Shown here in pieces: positions 12,490 through 28,481 of a stretch of 64,000 nucleotides of DNA (positions within the stretch are counted from its first letter, which is position 1; every line of letters begins with the position of its first letter). The notes under the pieces are model-generated. The model was not told the DNA's origin, did not search any database, and was given only the letters and a program-made list of their open reading frames with translations. The stretch is from NCBI RefSeq assembly GCF_009914755.1, contig NC_060935.1. One strand, 5' to 3'. Origin of the DNA: the human T2T-CHM13v2.0 reference genome, Homo sapiens. The position numbers and the translations under genes were made by a program.

Positions 12490-12655
12490 GATGTAGCAGA
12501 AAGAGCAGAGACTTTGACGTGAGACAGAACTGGGTTTGAATTCCAGCTTTGCTATGTTCTGAGTATATGACCTTGGTCATGTGGCTTAACTCCTCATAGC
12601 CCCCTTTACCATATCAGTAAACTGGAGATGATGTTTGCACAACACCTAACTTGGT
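12490..12655 (+). mobile_element. MIR (interrupted by the LTR; resumes at about 13187-13225)
   Basis: MIR core ctgggtttgaattccagctttgct...tgaccttggtcatgtggcttaac; tail ctggcacatagtcagtagctcattaaat. Confidence 0.7.
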
Positions 12656-12661
12656 CTCTGA

Positions 12662-13186
12662 TGAGGTAGGAGACCAGAAGGACATCTTTTCTGGTCACAT
12701 CCTTGCTGATCAAAACAGGATCTGGTCCAGACAGGATAAAAGTGAAGAAACTGGCTGAACCCAGCAAATGGTGGCTACAGCAATCCCTAGCTGTCTTCAT
12801 TGCTCATTAGCGTAAGACACTTTTACAGTGCCATGACTAGTTACAAATGTCATGGCAACAACCTTGGAAGTTAACACTCATTTCCATAGCAATGAGCCAG
12901 ATGCAATGAGCCGTCTCTTTCCTAGAAAGTTCAAAATAACCTGCCTCTCAATTTGTATTAACCAGCCCCTTAATTAGCATTAAATTGAAAGTGGGTATAA
13001 GTGACTATAAATACAGTTACCAACAACTCATACTTTGTTGATCTGCGTGCATTACCTATGAGTTATCCCTGCTCAGCAAGGAGCAGTGCCATTCAATAAA
13101 GATTGCTGTCTAACCCATCAGCTTGCCCTTGAATCCTTTCCTTGGCAAAGCCAAGGACCCTCCCAGGCTAGGCCTGTCCTGCATCA
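12662..13186 (+). mobile_element. MER41-family solo LTR (ERV1)
   Basis: TG...CA ends, tgaggtaggagacc...aaaacaggatctggtccagacaggataaa, catggcaac, TATA-like actataaata and aataaa; about 525 bp. Confidence 0.75.
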
Positions 13187-13502
13187 CTGGCACATAGTCA
13201 GTAGCTCATTAAATATTAACTTTTCTTTACTCCAGAGAGGTCAGCATACTAGGGAGGATAATTTAAGAGCTTGACAATCCTAGCCTCCTCTCTTAGCTGA
13301 TTTGAGATAAACACTGACAACAAAATATCTCCAGAAAGGCCTGGTTAAGACAAAGGTGTGTTAGGCTCTGAGACAGTGAGGGATGGGGGTGGGGAGGAAC
13401 TGAAATATGCGGGTCAGTCAGAAAATCATCTAATGATAAGTGCCCATTTTAGGTGTTAAGCTCAAAAGAGAGAGAGAGAGAACGAGAGAGAGGGAGAGAA
13501 GG

Positions 13503-13600
13503 AGATATTAAAACCAAGCTTACAATGGATAAAGAAATTTGGTTAACAAATAGATATTAAAACCAAGCTCACAATGGATAAAGAAATTTGGTTAACAAAT
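13503..13600. repeat. 49-bp tandem duplication
   Basis: agatattaaaaccaagct(t/c)acaatggataaagaaatttggttaacaaat x2, one mismatch. Confidence 0.95.
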
Positions 13601-13960
13601 TTTGCTGGATTCATATAATGGACTATTACTTAGGAATACAAAAGAATGAACTGCAGCAACACAAAGCAACCTGTATAAATCTCAGAAACGTTATGTTAAG
13701 TGAAAGAAGGCAAACTCAGAAGAATGCATACTGTATTACTTCATTTCTAGAAATTCTTAAATGGACAAATCTCATCTTTGTGATGGAAGTCAGAATAGTG
13801 GTTGATCAAGGCAGGAAGGAGAATTGATTGGAAAGGGAAATGGGAGTTTTCCAGAATGATGAAAATATTTCATTATTGAATACATCAAACAGAACCAATG
13901 AAGATCTGTGCATTTTAGTGTATGTTATTTACACTTCAATTAAAATACTAATAAGAACAA
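13580..13960 (+). mobile_element. Old L1ME/MC 3' end
   Basis: aatctcagaaacgttatgttaagtgaaagaaggcaaactcagaagaatgcatactgtat...gaagtcagaatagtggtt. Confidence 0.7.
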
Positions 13961-14879
13961 AAGAAGCCTACCATTTTCTTCATTTTGTTTCAGGTAGAGT
14001 TTGACTCTACTATAACATCAGAGTCAGCGTAAAATCGTTTTCTGCCTTACATATTTTTTTCAGATAAGTGGAGGTTGGGATGTTGTCTTTCTTGGGATTC
14101 TCCAGGGAGAATTAGGGAGGCAGAGTGGAGCCAAGGATGCTCTTACCTATGATAATGTCCGCAGTGAAGCTGTCATCCTCGCAGACAGACAGTCTAACAG
14201 GAAGTGAATGCACAGACATTGGACAGGACAGGAACATCCAGACATGTGGCAGTTTCTCAGGAGTAAGAGGACCCAGGAAAGAACACGCCAGTTGGAGGCA
14301 CTTATGTATTATAACCATAAGGACTATCTGCTGGAGGCATGGGGCCTGGTATGTGAGTGTGGAAGGTAGTTGGCAATTTAGATATTTTGGAGCCAAGATT
14401 ACTAAGAGGACCTCATCAGTCATAGAAAGAAATATAAATCTCTCTTGTAGAATGCACAGAAGGACTTATCAAAATGTATCTCAAATCAGGCATTTGGCAT
14501 TTCTTACATCACGGTCTTCTTGCATATATTATTCTTCTTTAGAGAAAAATAAGATTGACTTATAGCTATGTCCATTTTCCCAATTGTCTGTAAATTTTTG
14601 AAAGCAGATATATCATGTTTTTGTCAATGAACACCAAACATATAATCCAGTTTCTGAAATATGACATGGCCTCTTCTCCATTCAAATTTACTATCCCTCA
14701 ACATTCTCTACCTTGTCCTAAACACTTGCCCCAATTTCCTGCTTGTTTTTATAGCCCTTGTGTATTTATTTATTTATTTATTTATCTTTTTTCCTCTCAT
14801 GAACATTAGATCCATGGAATCAGAGACTTTGGCAAATAGTATATTTTGTTGAATTATTTGTTTAAAAATTAGTAAGTGA

Positions 14880-15199
14880 GGCCGGGCACGGTGGCTCACG
14901 CCTGTAATCCCAGCACTTTGGGAGGCCAAGGTGGGCGAATCATTAGGGCAGGAGAGCGAGAACATCCTGGCTAACACGGTGAAACCCCGTCTCTACTAAA
15001 AATACAAAAAAATAGCTGGGCGTGGTGGCAGGCACCTGTAGTCCCAGCTACCTGGGAGGCTGAGGCAGGAGAATGGCGTGAACCCGGGAGGCAGAGCTTT
15101 TAGTGAGGCGAGATCGCGCCACTGCACTCCAGTCTGGGTGACAGAGCGAGACTCCATCTCAAAAACAAACAACAAACAAACAAACAAACAAACAACAAC
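14880..15199 (+). mobile_element. AluY with (CAAA)n tail
   Basis: atcctggctaacacggtg and gaatggcgtgaacccgggagg diagnostics; TSD aaaattagtaagtga on both sides. Confidence 0.93.
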
Positions 15200-15575
15200 A
15201 AAATTAGTAAGTGAATGTACAAAAGAAGTATTTATTGAAAGAATTGTTGTATTATGGCATAAATGGGTCTTCATAAAATAGTTTCTTACAGATCATCAAA
15301 TGTGTGTTCTGTGGTCTCTGGGGATGGTTATCCCCTATCCCAATTGTGCCCCATCTCTTTTGAATAACGTATTTTCCCCAATACTATGAGTGTCATACTT
15401 TTCCCTTCTAATGAAAGCTAAATTGAAACCAAAAAGAGGCAATTAGGACAGTTCTCAAGTTGGAACTAGTGGGCAGAGATAGGCCCAAGCCATAATCACC
15501 ATCACATTTCAAACTTCTAGTGATTTTCATCAGATCCTCTAATTTTACAATGTGGTTTTTCAAAGTCATTGCTGA

Positions 15576-15583
15576 ATGAGAAT

Positions 15584-15617
<34 letters not shown>

Positions 15618-15630
15618 CAGAGAGAGAAGA
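15576..15630. repeat. (GA)n microsatellite
   Basis: Direct reading. Confidence 0.9.
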
Positions 15631-17244
15631 GGATGGAAGTTGGAGGACATCACTATAAAATTATCTGTTGAGATTCTTGATGGTACAGGTTATTTTTGAC
15701 TCATCCAATAGTCACAAAACAAAATGCCCAGAATGTGCTGTTGTATAATAACTTTTCTCAATCAACCATTTCCTTATTTAGTCACCTCTCCATCTACACT
15801 CATTAGATCTAATTAGACAACACAGATATGCAGAAACATACATTCATGCTATGGTTTCCTAGATCGTCAAAATGTGGGTATGAGAAATCAGAATTCTTGG
15901 GAAATTTCAAAACTATAAATTATCCTTAAAATATTTTCAATATTATTTATACTCTTTACTCATTATTATAGATATCTAGAATTTATTTAATAATTATAAA
16001 TATCAGGGTTATATTATATACAGCATATAGTAGGTGATAGCAAATAACCAAGCCCTGGGAAACTCACTGTGAACATTATTAGGTGGTATTTAAATAACCA
16101 AACATTCATATCTCCCAGGCAGGTAAACTGCACTACATAGATTCACAGTTCCAGATGCAATTTAAATATTTATTTGCTTCCAAAACGTATTATTTCTTGC
16201 AACACCACTCATATTTGCATAAAATATCCTAGGCGTATAAGCTTAGTAATAATATTCATTTTACTTGTAAGAATGACTCACTGTTAACAGCAGACAGAGC
16301 CATGAACACACACATGAAAATAGCCACAAGCAAGACTGACTGATTAGGCAGTAACTGCTTCTCCGCTAATGCTCTTGTACTGATTTTGGAAACGAAGACT
16401 TAGCCTTTGACTCTGCATGTGTCATCACTTTCTGCTCTTGCTTTACCTTTGGCATGAGTGGATTCCTCCGAATCAGTAACGTCTCTATGTTAACTGTTAC
16501 GATTTAGTTCTTGCAGGAGAATTTTAATTTTTTTCTGATTTTTCTTGATTTCTCAACTACTTTTTCTCAGAGTTTGGATTTTAAAAATATATATATTTTT
16601 TGAGAAATGCTGAGAAGGAATCTCACATCAGCATTTTACTTCCACCACTGTGTCTGACCCTTCATTCACCTATTAAACAATCAGAAGAGAGATGAAGAAA
16701 TCCAGTGTCACAACATACCTGTGATGCTTTTGTAGTGTATTCTGGCTTCAAGGTGCTTATTGTTTAGTAGTGGGGGACATATTTTCAAATAATTATACTG
16801 CCTGATAAAATGTATTTTAATAAAATTCCAATGAGAGAGACATAGAAAGAGAATGTCAGTAGAGGGAGAGGTTACTTTCTTGGCAAATACTTCTCTGTAA
16901 GACAATTAACACTAACGACACATTCACATACCCAAATGGCTGGATGAAGGGAATGAGCAGGGTTTTGAAAGGAGCAGAATTTTTAAAGAAGTGGTGAACC
17001 TGCAGGGGAGGAAAGCTAAGCTACTCTTACGAGTTCTGTCTTCTACTTATGCTACCTACAGGCTACCTTGATATGAGGGGATCATCATTTCCCAAAAGAA
17101 ACATCACTGATTAACATTTCTGTCCCATCATCTGACTCGTGGTGTACTGTTATTTCATTCAATATTCTCATTCTAGAATGTAACAATTTCAATGAAAGAC
17201 TCGTATAAAGGAATAATTTTTCAGTAAGGAAAAGGAGCTCTTCC

Positions 17245-17802
17245 ATGTACATTGAAGCATTTCTTCACAATAGCTATAACATAAGATTAACCTAAGTGTT
17301 CACCAGTAGAAAAGTGGATGAGGAAAATTAAATCTTGTCATTTGTGACAACATGGATAAATCTGGAGGATATCACATTAACTGAAATAAGACAGTCACAG
17401 AAAGACAAATACTGCAGGATCTCATATATGTAATGTAAAAAGGTTGAACTAACAGAAACAGAGTAAAAAGATGGTTACCAGAGGCTTGGGGTGACAGGAT
17501 TGGGGAGATGTTTGTCAAATGACATAAAATTGTAGTTAGACAAGAGAAATAAGTTCAAGAGATCTATTGTATATCATGGTGTCTACAGTTAATTATACCT
17601 TATTGTGTATTTGAAAATGGCTGAGAACAGATTTTAAGTATTCTCACCTCAAAAATAATGTGTCTGGAATAATTCATATGTTAAATAGCTTTATTTAGTC
17701 ATTTGACAATGCCTACATATATTAAAACATTATGCTGTATGCCACAAATATATACAATTTTTACTTGTCAACTAAAAAATAAAAAAAGAAAAAAATAAGA
17801 AA
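17245..17802 (+). mobile_element. L1MA 3' end
   Basis: Typical L1MA 3'UTR ending in an A-rich tail. Confidence 0.85.
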
Positions 17803-18141
17803 GGGGAACTCACTCTATTCATCTAGAATATGTATAGGAAGGTAACTGGGAGAACCCAATAATTCAATTTGAAAGGTTGAATCAACCCTCTTTTCAAGTG
17901 TAATATTTTACCCTCTTCTTTTTGAGTTCCAGGTTAATTTTATGAATGACTTGTGACATTAAATAAAGAATGAAAGAAGGTATGAAAATTCAGTTTCAAA
18001 CTTCCCTTTTGTTGGCATTCCAGACAGTGCCTAGCACAATGTATACAAATAATTGATTCATTATGTTCTGATGTGACTTGGCCTGGATAGGTTGACATGC
18101 AATCTGCTAACTAGAGAGTTTATTTTCTTCTCCAGCATTTA

Positions 18142-18813
18142 CAGTGGTCTTCACTACTTCCCTCCATCTGCAGTTTTGCTTTCCAGTTTCAGCTGCAGTC
18201 TGAAAATATTAAATAGAAAATTTCAGAAATAATCAATTTATAAGTTTAAAATTGTCTGACTTTCTGAGTAGTGTGACAAAATCTCTTGTCATCTTATTCT
18301 GTCCTGTCTGGGATGTGAATTATCTCTCTGTCCAGTGTATCCACACTGTATAACATTTTATGCTTCTGAAATCCACCCATGGACATCGTCATAGCTTGAT
18401 GATCCAAGATCACCCCAAGCAGATGATCCTTTTTCTGGCCATCAGAAAGTCAATAGTAGCCAGATGTTGTGTTATAATGCCTGTGTTATTTACCTCATTT
18501 CATCTAATCACATAGGCATGATATCACCTCACATCATTATGAAGGGTGAGGAGTACTGTACATTAAGATATTTTGAGAGAGAGAGAGAGAAACCACGTTC
18601 ACATAACTTTTATTATAGTATATTGTTATAATTGTTCTATTTTATTGTTGCTGTTGTTAATCTCTTACTGCGGCTAATTTATAAGCTAAATTTTATTGTA
18701 AGTATGTATGTGTAGGTAAAAAACATAGTAGGTATAGGATTTGATACTATCTATGGTTTCAGATGTTCTCCGGGGGTCTTGGAAGTACTCCCTTTGGATA
18801 AGAGAGGACTACT
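18142..18813 (-). mobile_element. MER44/Tigger7-derived DNA transposon
   Basis: cagt...actg termini flanked by TA; internal MER44 motifs (gtctgaaaatattaaatagaaaatttcagaaat). Confidence 0.75.
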
Positions 18814-18825
18814 GTACTTAGAAGC

Positions 18826-19192
18826 TGTATTAGTCCATTCTTATGCAGCCATAAATACACTACCTGAGACGGGGTAATTTATAAACAAAAGAGGTTTAAT
18901 TGAATCACAGTTCCACACTGCTGAGGAGACCCCAGGAAACTTACAATCATGGTGGAAGGTGAAGGGAAAGCAAAGCACATGTTACATTGCTGCAGGCAAG
19001 AGAGTGTGCACAGGGGAAACTGCCACTTTTAAAATCATCAGATCTGGTGAGAACTCCCTCACTATCATGAGAACAGCATGGGGGAAACCGCCTCCATGAT
19101 CCAATCACCTCCCACCAGTTCCCTGTCCCCTGCACATAGGGATTACAATTCGAGATGAGATTTGGGTGGGGACACAGAGCCAAACCATATCA
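18826..19192 (-). mobile_element. MST/THE1 (MaLR) solo LTR
   Basis: tgtattagtccattctt...gggacacagagccaaaccatatca; 5-bp TSD gaagc/aaagc. Confidence 0.9.
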
Positions 19193-19939
19193 AAAGCAAG
19201 GCATTTCTAATGTATTGTTAAATCCAATGACTGTCCCCAGAATATGTAACACTTTATAGTTCTTCTCCTTATCATTGTGTGAAATCAGGTTAAAAATTAG
19301 GAGTTCCAAAAGCAATTTCAAAGGGAAAAAGAAGTACCCCCCCCCCCACCAAAATAGTCCTAATCTAGAAAAAATATAAAAAGTGGATCTGAACTATGAT
19401 GATGGGAGGTTTATATGCCAAATAAATCTACATGAACCTCAGATTCCTTCTAGAAATTATATTTCTGATTATAAGAGGAACACAATCTTATTTTGGAAAT
19501 CAGGGAAAATTAATAAAGAGGAAAACTAGAAAATTCATAATTCTACGTCACAGATAACAACTGTTAACTTTTTGGCGTATTTCTATTCCTCATTATGCAT
19601 GTACGTATTTTTATAAAATTGGGCTTTTATGGTAAATACAGGCTTGAATCTTGATTTTATTACTTACAGGTATAATGATAAACATTGCCCTTTATTACTA
19701 AATATTAGTGATTTTAGTATGCTGTGTTTCTGTATCCAATATTGTTGGAAATTAGATTTTAATCACTTTTCATGTTATAAATGTAAGAAACACACTTATA
19801 TTTTGTTTTGTTTGACATCCTGTTAATTTTCTGAGGTTATGTTTTTAGAATAAGAATTCCAAAATTAAAGAATAGAAACTTTTCATGGGTTTTGGTAAAC
19901 GTAACCACATGGGATTCAAAAAGTTTATAACAATTTCTT

Positions 19940-20239
<300 letters not shown>

Positions 20240-21324
20240 GGTTATAACAATTTCTTAGGTCAGTTTAATATCCACTGGCAGATATCTTCACTCTCTTCCT
20301 GTAGCTGCTAATTAAAATCAGCTTATGATCTGGATCCAGACCCTCACCTGATAGATTGCACCCTCCCTCAGCTCTTATGGGAGAGGTAATTGCTTGTAAG
20401 AACTATCCCTGGAGTCCTCTGGGCCTGGCTGTTCCTCAGGGTGTAAATGAGAAGGTTGAGCTGTGTGGTGTCCACTGTGAATACCATAAAGGGAAGTGGA
20501 TTTTACCTGAGGGTTTATTTGGGGTTGGAACACAACCCCATGTACATGAAGAGGTAACAGCCATTCTGCTGCAAAACTATGCTGAGGTAGGAGTAGTGCC
20601 ATAGTAGTGCTACCTGCTCAGTGGATCTGTGAGCAGCAGCCCTCATGAAGGTGTAGGAGGTCGTGAGGAAGGTGGAACAGCAAAGACTAGTGTGAGAGCC
20701 ACCAGCACAGAGGGCTCATGCAGGCAGGGCTGGCATAGACCAGAGGTAATTCTCCATACCCTAGCAAGGCTGGTACATAGTAGGTGATTAGTCAATGAAA
20801 GAAAATTCCTAGCCCCTTTCTGGCATGAAGAAAATGAAAGCAACCAGTTGGGATGTATGGTGCAAAGGAAATTAATGCATTAAGTAAGCTATTGTTTGTC
20901 ATATACTGATACCCAAAACAATAATAAAATGTGTTTATTTGAGCAAAATATGTCTTTATGAATATTCCTTACTTAAGGCAACTTTCACAGGGTAAATTAC
21001 ATCATCTCCCCAGGAGGCAGCATGCCTATCAGCCTTTATTCACAGTATGTATGGGGTGTTCCTAATATGGCAATTGACATAGGTGAGCTGCAAATCCTTA
21101 AAGTAGAGCTAAGTAAACTAGCATTCCTACGCTGTAAGTTCTGTCCAAATTTTCATATCTTAGTCAAAGCACTTCAGAAAAATGAGCATGAATTGTGAAC
21201 TTGGGGCAAATATGGCAAAAAAGAAACATCAAGTGCACAGTGTGAGAAAGTACTACAGTTCTGTGTCATTTAGAGTTCTTTGACACAGCAACAGACAGAC
21301 ACCCAGCCCAGTGCCCCTAAGCCT

Positions 21325-22639
<1,315 letters not shown>

Positions 22640-22984
22640 GCTTTATTTCTTTAGTAAAAGCAGGAGTGTACAATTTTATTTGGAATTAACTATTTAGTAG
22701 CTAGTTTCCAATCACGGTGCATGAGAATGAATTCACGATATAGGGTTTGGTATACTTTTCCTTGGAAATCCTCATGAATGGGATAGACAGTCATCTGCAG
22801 AAATTCCTGGGGGCAAGACATGTAGACACATGTAGATGTTCCTTGTGAAATATCTCCCCCCATCCCGATATTTTCAATCCAATTGATAAGACTTAATTAT
22901 TTTGCTTGTATTTAATTACAGTGAAGAGTTGTATGGTTGCACATATTTTAAAATTAGATAAATGAATTTGTCTTTTACTTTTTT

Positions 22985-24650
22985 CAGTAAGCACTCTCAT
23001 TGAAATATAACATACATGTGGAGGAATTCACAAATCCTAAGTGTGAAGCTTGATTTGTTTATTTATTTTAACATCGTAAATACGCCAGTATAACCACTAC
23101 AAAGATTAAGAAATAGAACGATTCCAGTGACCTACAAACATCCTTCATGTTCTCAGTCTTTATGCTTCACAAAAGTAACCACTTTTTGACTTTTATCATT
23201 ACAGATTGATGTAACTATGTTTCAACTTATATATGAAATGCTAAAGCATGTACTTTATTGTAACTGGCTTCAACATTATGTCTGCAAAGGTTATTCTTGT
23301 TGTTCTGAATCAATCCTTTGTTCTTTCCATTGCTTTATGGCTATAAGTTATTCACTTTACATTCAGTTATTTTGACTCCACATACAAGTAGGAAAACACC
23401 CATTGTTACAATCTTTTCTGATATGTACTCTTCATATATTTCCTCTCTTTTGAACATTTTATCTAAATTTCCAACAGGAAGCTAAACTTTTGGACTCAAA
23501 TAGTTTCAAATGAAAGGGAAGTGAACAGAGTCAGGTTAAAATTAAAGTGGAGCTTCCTGAGATAAGAAAAGACAATGAGGAAACTAAAAATGCAATAGCA
23601 CAATTGAATTATGCATTAACATAATCAAGAGAATAAGAAAGACCTTTGCAAGCATCTGGGAAGTTAAAAATACCTGTGAATTAAGCACTTTCAGGTTAGA
23701 CTACAACTTTATTTTTAATACAAAAATTTAAGAGACAATACAAAATATCTACAGAACTTTAAGAAAAACAAATTGGAGTGAAAGAATTCTGTATCAAAGC
23801 CTTAGTGATTTATGTTCAAAAGCAACAGAAAGACTTTCTCAGATTTGGAAGGGCTTAGGAATTATTTCATTCTAAATATAATTTTAAAAATCCCTCAACA
23901 AAGACTATGAGTTGCTGCATGATTAATCAGAGTAATCAGAACATATACTTTAAGGTTGGGAAAGTTGTAATGTAAAATAATATGCTTTGGAAAAGCAAAT
24001 AATAAAATATGTATTTAATATTAAATAGTGCAAATATTGTTAAAAGCAAAAAAGAATTGCTGAGAATAATTTTTAAAGATGTGCATAATATAAAATATGA
24101 AAACTAAAATAATTATGTATATTTAAAACCACAATTTATATAATAGAAAAACTGATAGGGAGGGATGGGAGAAATGAAAATATGCTAATTTCCTAAACCT
24201 ATGTACAAAAAGACTCCATAAATATTTTATTTAGATGTGACTAGAGAAATTAGTCACAACCATATATATCCAAATACATATTTCAAACATATTTCTTAAT
24301 AATAATCATCAATAGAATAAAAACCAGCATATCCATTCCAAATGATCAGAAGATTTTAAAAAAGTAAATATAGCATAGAGAACAAAAGAAACAAAGAAAA
24401 CTGTGAGCAAGCTTACAAGATAAAATAGGTTAAAGTAAACTGAGAAAAGCAAATATTTATGAAAATAAATCTAAATGGGGTTTATGTTCTAGTAGAGACA
24501 GCCTCATATTCACAAATGAAAAAAATTCAATCACATATGAATATAGTGACATAGAAAGGCTAGCATCCACTTTTGTTTAGCACTGTATTTTAGAACTTAA
24601 CCAATGCAATAAAATTTAAAAAGATGCAGATTTGGTTGTCTAACCAAAAA
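22985..24650. mobile_element. Ancient L1ME fragments (both orientations)
   Basis: Degenerate L1 3'UTR (minus, about 22985-23340) and A-rich ORF1-like sequence (plus). Confidence 0.45.
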
Positions 24651-25814
24651 CACAACAGAATAAATTGAAGAAGTTAGGACGAATAAGATAGTCTTCATGG
24701 TGTTTAGTTCCAAATGAAATATAATAGAGAGTCTTTTAACTAATCGTCACTTAACTGATGTATCTGATAAGTCAATACTCCTCATTTTCTCTGTACAACA
24801 TACTATATGCTAAACCTGACACTCTGAACACAGGAGATCTGAGCTTGCTCTCCACAATGTATAAACATTCCTACACCCAGAAGTTGACTTGCATGTATGT
24901 AAATTGGTTGGATTTTGCACACCCTGCTTATATCATGTGCATTTATTTTTGTACTTATGTAATTTTATTAAATATTACAAAATCAAATAAAGTGTTATTG
25001 TGAATATATATTTAATGAAAATTAATAATTCAATGCTTGAGAAATACTTGATAATTACAAGTTGCTAATAATTGCTGTGGAATAAGGTGTGAGCCAGACC
25101 ATTATAATAGGCAAGGAGGGAAAGTAATAACATTTTGAATAATTTTATATTCATATTTGATATGAATCTAATTTTCACTTTATGTTAAAAAAGCTAAAAC
25201 TGGAATTAATACATGATCCAGGCAAGAAAGCTTTTGACTTCAGGTAATACAAACTCAGTGTAAGCCTCTTGACTCTATATCAAAAGGTTGATGAATAAAT
25301 GTCCACTCATATCATTTAAATCAAAGTAAAATCATTAAGGTAATTATGTAATTTATGCTTTGAATCACAGCACACTCTTCCTTTCTTTTTTTAAATCAAT
25401 GATACTGTTAGAAAATGTTCTTCTCCCCCAAAACAACCAAACTTAATGAATGAATAAATGATAAATAACACACCAGTGAAGAAACAATAAATAACAAGTA
25501 GAATGATTTGAAGAAAACTACTAAATTTTGCACATATGTGCCTGGATGGAAAAACTCACTCAATATTTTGACGTTAATTGACTCTGAAATAATGTATTGA
25601 TTCTATGCAAATCCTATCAAAATCCCTAGAAAAACAAGCAAGTAAAAATACAAAAAAAGTTGAGTGAAACAACAGAGTGAAACTTTTATCACATGACATT
25701 AAGATGTGTAACAAACAAGTTATAAAATATGTTATATATTATCATATCATAAATCACAATGGTACTTGTAGAGCACTACAGATCCTGAATAATTGAATAG
25801 GAAGACTCACTAAT

Positions 25815-26230
25815 AATGGCTAGCTGTTCTGTTGCACTTATTGTGTCAGACATTATTCTATGCACTTTACATTTATTAACTCATTTCATAATGGCCCTCT
25901 ATAAAAGGGTTTTTATAAGTATTTTACAGATGAAGAAGTTGATGCACAGGGAGGTTAACTACCTTACCCAAGATCACACAGATAGTAGGTGTTGGAATGG
26001 GAATTTAAACATAAGTAGACTGACTCCAGGGTCTCTTTCCTTCATCACTTTATTATAATATATTGTCACTATCTACTATGTGCATTAAGTTTCATTATCT
26101 GTAAAATAGAAGTGAAAATACACTTACCTACCTTCTCAGGTTGTGAGACTTGAACAAATTATTCTGTGAAAGTACTTAGAACAGTCCCAGCACAGAGTAC
26201 ACATTCAATGTGAAGTATATTAAATATTTT
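25815..26230. mobile_element. Two MIR fragments
   Basis: attttacagatgaagaagttgatgcacagggaggttaac and tttcattatctgtaaaatag cores in opposite orientation. Confidence 0.7.
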
Positions 26231-26365
26231 TACCATTTCAAATCAATTAGAAAGGATCAATTTCCTAATATGGCATTAGGACAATGAGGGAATCATTTTG
26301 GAAGTTAACCCTAATGCATAGACATTATGGATCCTTACAGAAAATGTATAAAGATTAAATGTTTC

Positions 26366-26662
<297 letters not shown>

Positions 26663-26669
26663 GTTTCAA

Positions 26670-27615
26670 AATTTATTTCTAATGGACTTAGGTTTCAAAT
26701 ATTTTTAAAAGTAAAAGAAAACTAGAAGAGAGTGTAGATTAACTGTTTTTCAGATTTCAGGGTAGATAAACATTTATAACCAAATGAGGAAAGGGCAGAG
26801 TACAAAAAAATGTTGATATTGCAACAGAATAAAAATGTTAAAGTTTTGTAGGCAAAAACACAATAAGCAAATTGAATAGCAAGTGACAATTCAGATAAAA
26901 AACCTATCAGAAAAACAAATAATGGAAATTCAAAAAAGAAACATGCAAAAGCAAACAAATATATACAAATTGTTTTGTATATATTCAAATAAATATACAA
27001 TTAAAGAAAATGGAATCCTCTTTTCTGTTTATCAACTAATAGCAATGGAAAAATGATAATTCCTTGTGTTATTAAAGTTGCAAGGAGAGATGTATTCCCA
27101 AATATGCTGGTGAAAGTATAAATTGCTGTAAAAATTTGTGAAATACAATTTGGTAATATAGTGAAAGACTTGAAGAAATGCATGCACTTTGATTCAGCAA
27201 TATTGCTTTACAAATTTATTCTTATAAACTAAACATGCTCATAAAATCATTGACAAGAATGTTTGTCATCGTTTTCATTATAATAGTAAAAAATCATATC
27301 AACCTAAATATCAATTTAGAATGCTTAAATTAATTGTAGTCTATTAATTTTGTGGAACAATGTGTAATTGTCTAAAAATGACATTGTGGAAAAATAAGCA
27401 GATTGGGAAGGTTCATAAAAAAGCAGATTATAAAACAGCATTATATCATGATTTACTTAAAAGATAATTATATCATTCATAAAAAATAGAACCTACTTCA
27501 AAATATTAACAATGGGTATTGCTAGGTGGGTGGGATTGTGGATCTTTTTGCTTATGGCTTTCTGTTTTTACAAATTTTATAATGAGCATACACAATTTTG
27601 CAATCATATAATAAA
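26670..27615 (+). mobile_element. Ancient L1ME 3' region
   Basis: Degenerate ORF2 end and 3'UTR phrases (tgctggtgaaagtataaattg, tttgattcagcaat). Confidence 0.55.
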
Positions 27616-28109
27616 TTAAAAGTCTACTTTTATCCTTTGGTATCTGAACTAGTGTTGGCAAGGAAGGATGGTAGTGTCAGTCACATGGATTTTGAAGTTA
27701 GATATGGGTGTGAAACCCAGTTTCTTCACTTACTAATTTAATTTTTGCATTGACCACATTACTTGATGAGCCTTGGTTCCCTAATGTATAATTGAGGATA
27801 TGAATATGGATCCTTATAAAAAATTTATGAAGGTTAAATGTTTCAAATATGTACTATTTCTGAGACATAGTTCCAATGAATGTACCTGCACTTCTGCCTC
27901 TTTTCTTGCAGTGATGTGTTTCTCTCAGGTATTTATTTACTCTTCAGTTCTTATCTTTTCCAGAGTAGAGAGTGAGGCGCCTCCTAGATCTCGCAGTTGC
28001 TCTGCTAGACCTTAAATAAGAAGAAGAGTAAGAGAGAAAAGGAAGAACAAAATGGAAGTGCGATTTCAGTAGAAAATTTGTAATTATATATCGTCAAAAC
28101 CAAATCAGA

Positions 28110-28481
<372 letters not shown>

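Noticed and set aside
14112-14565. 146-aa and 103-aa overlapping ORFs in unique-looking sequence
   Set aside because: No recognisable domain or coding signature that I can see; non-ATG starts are likely.
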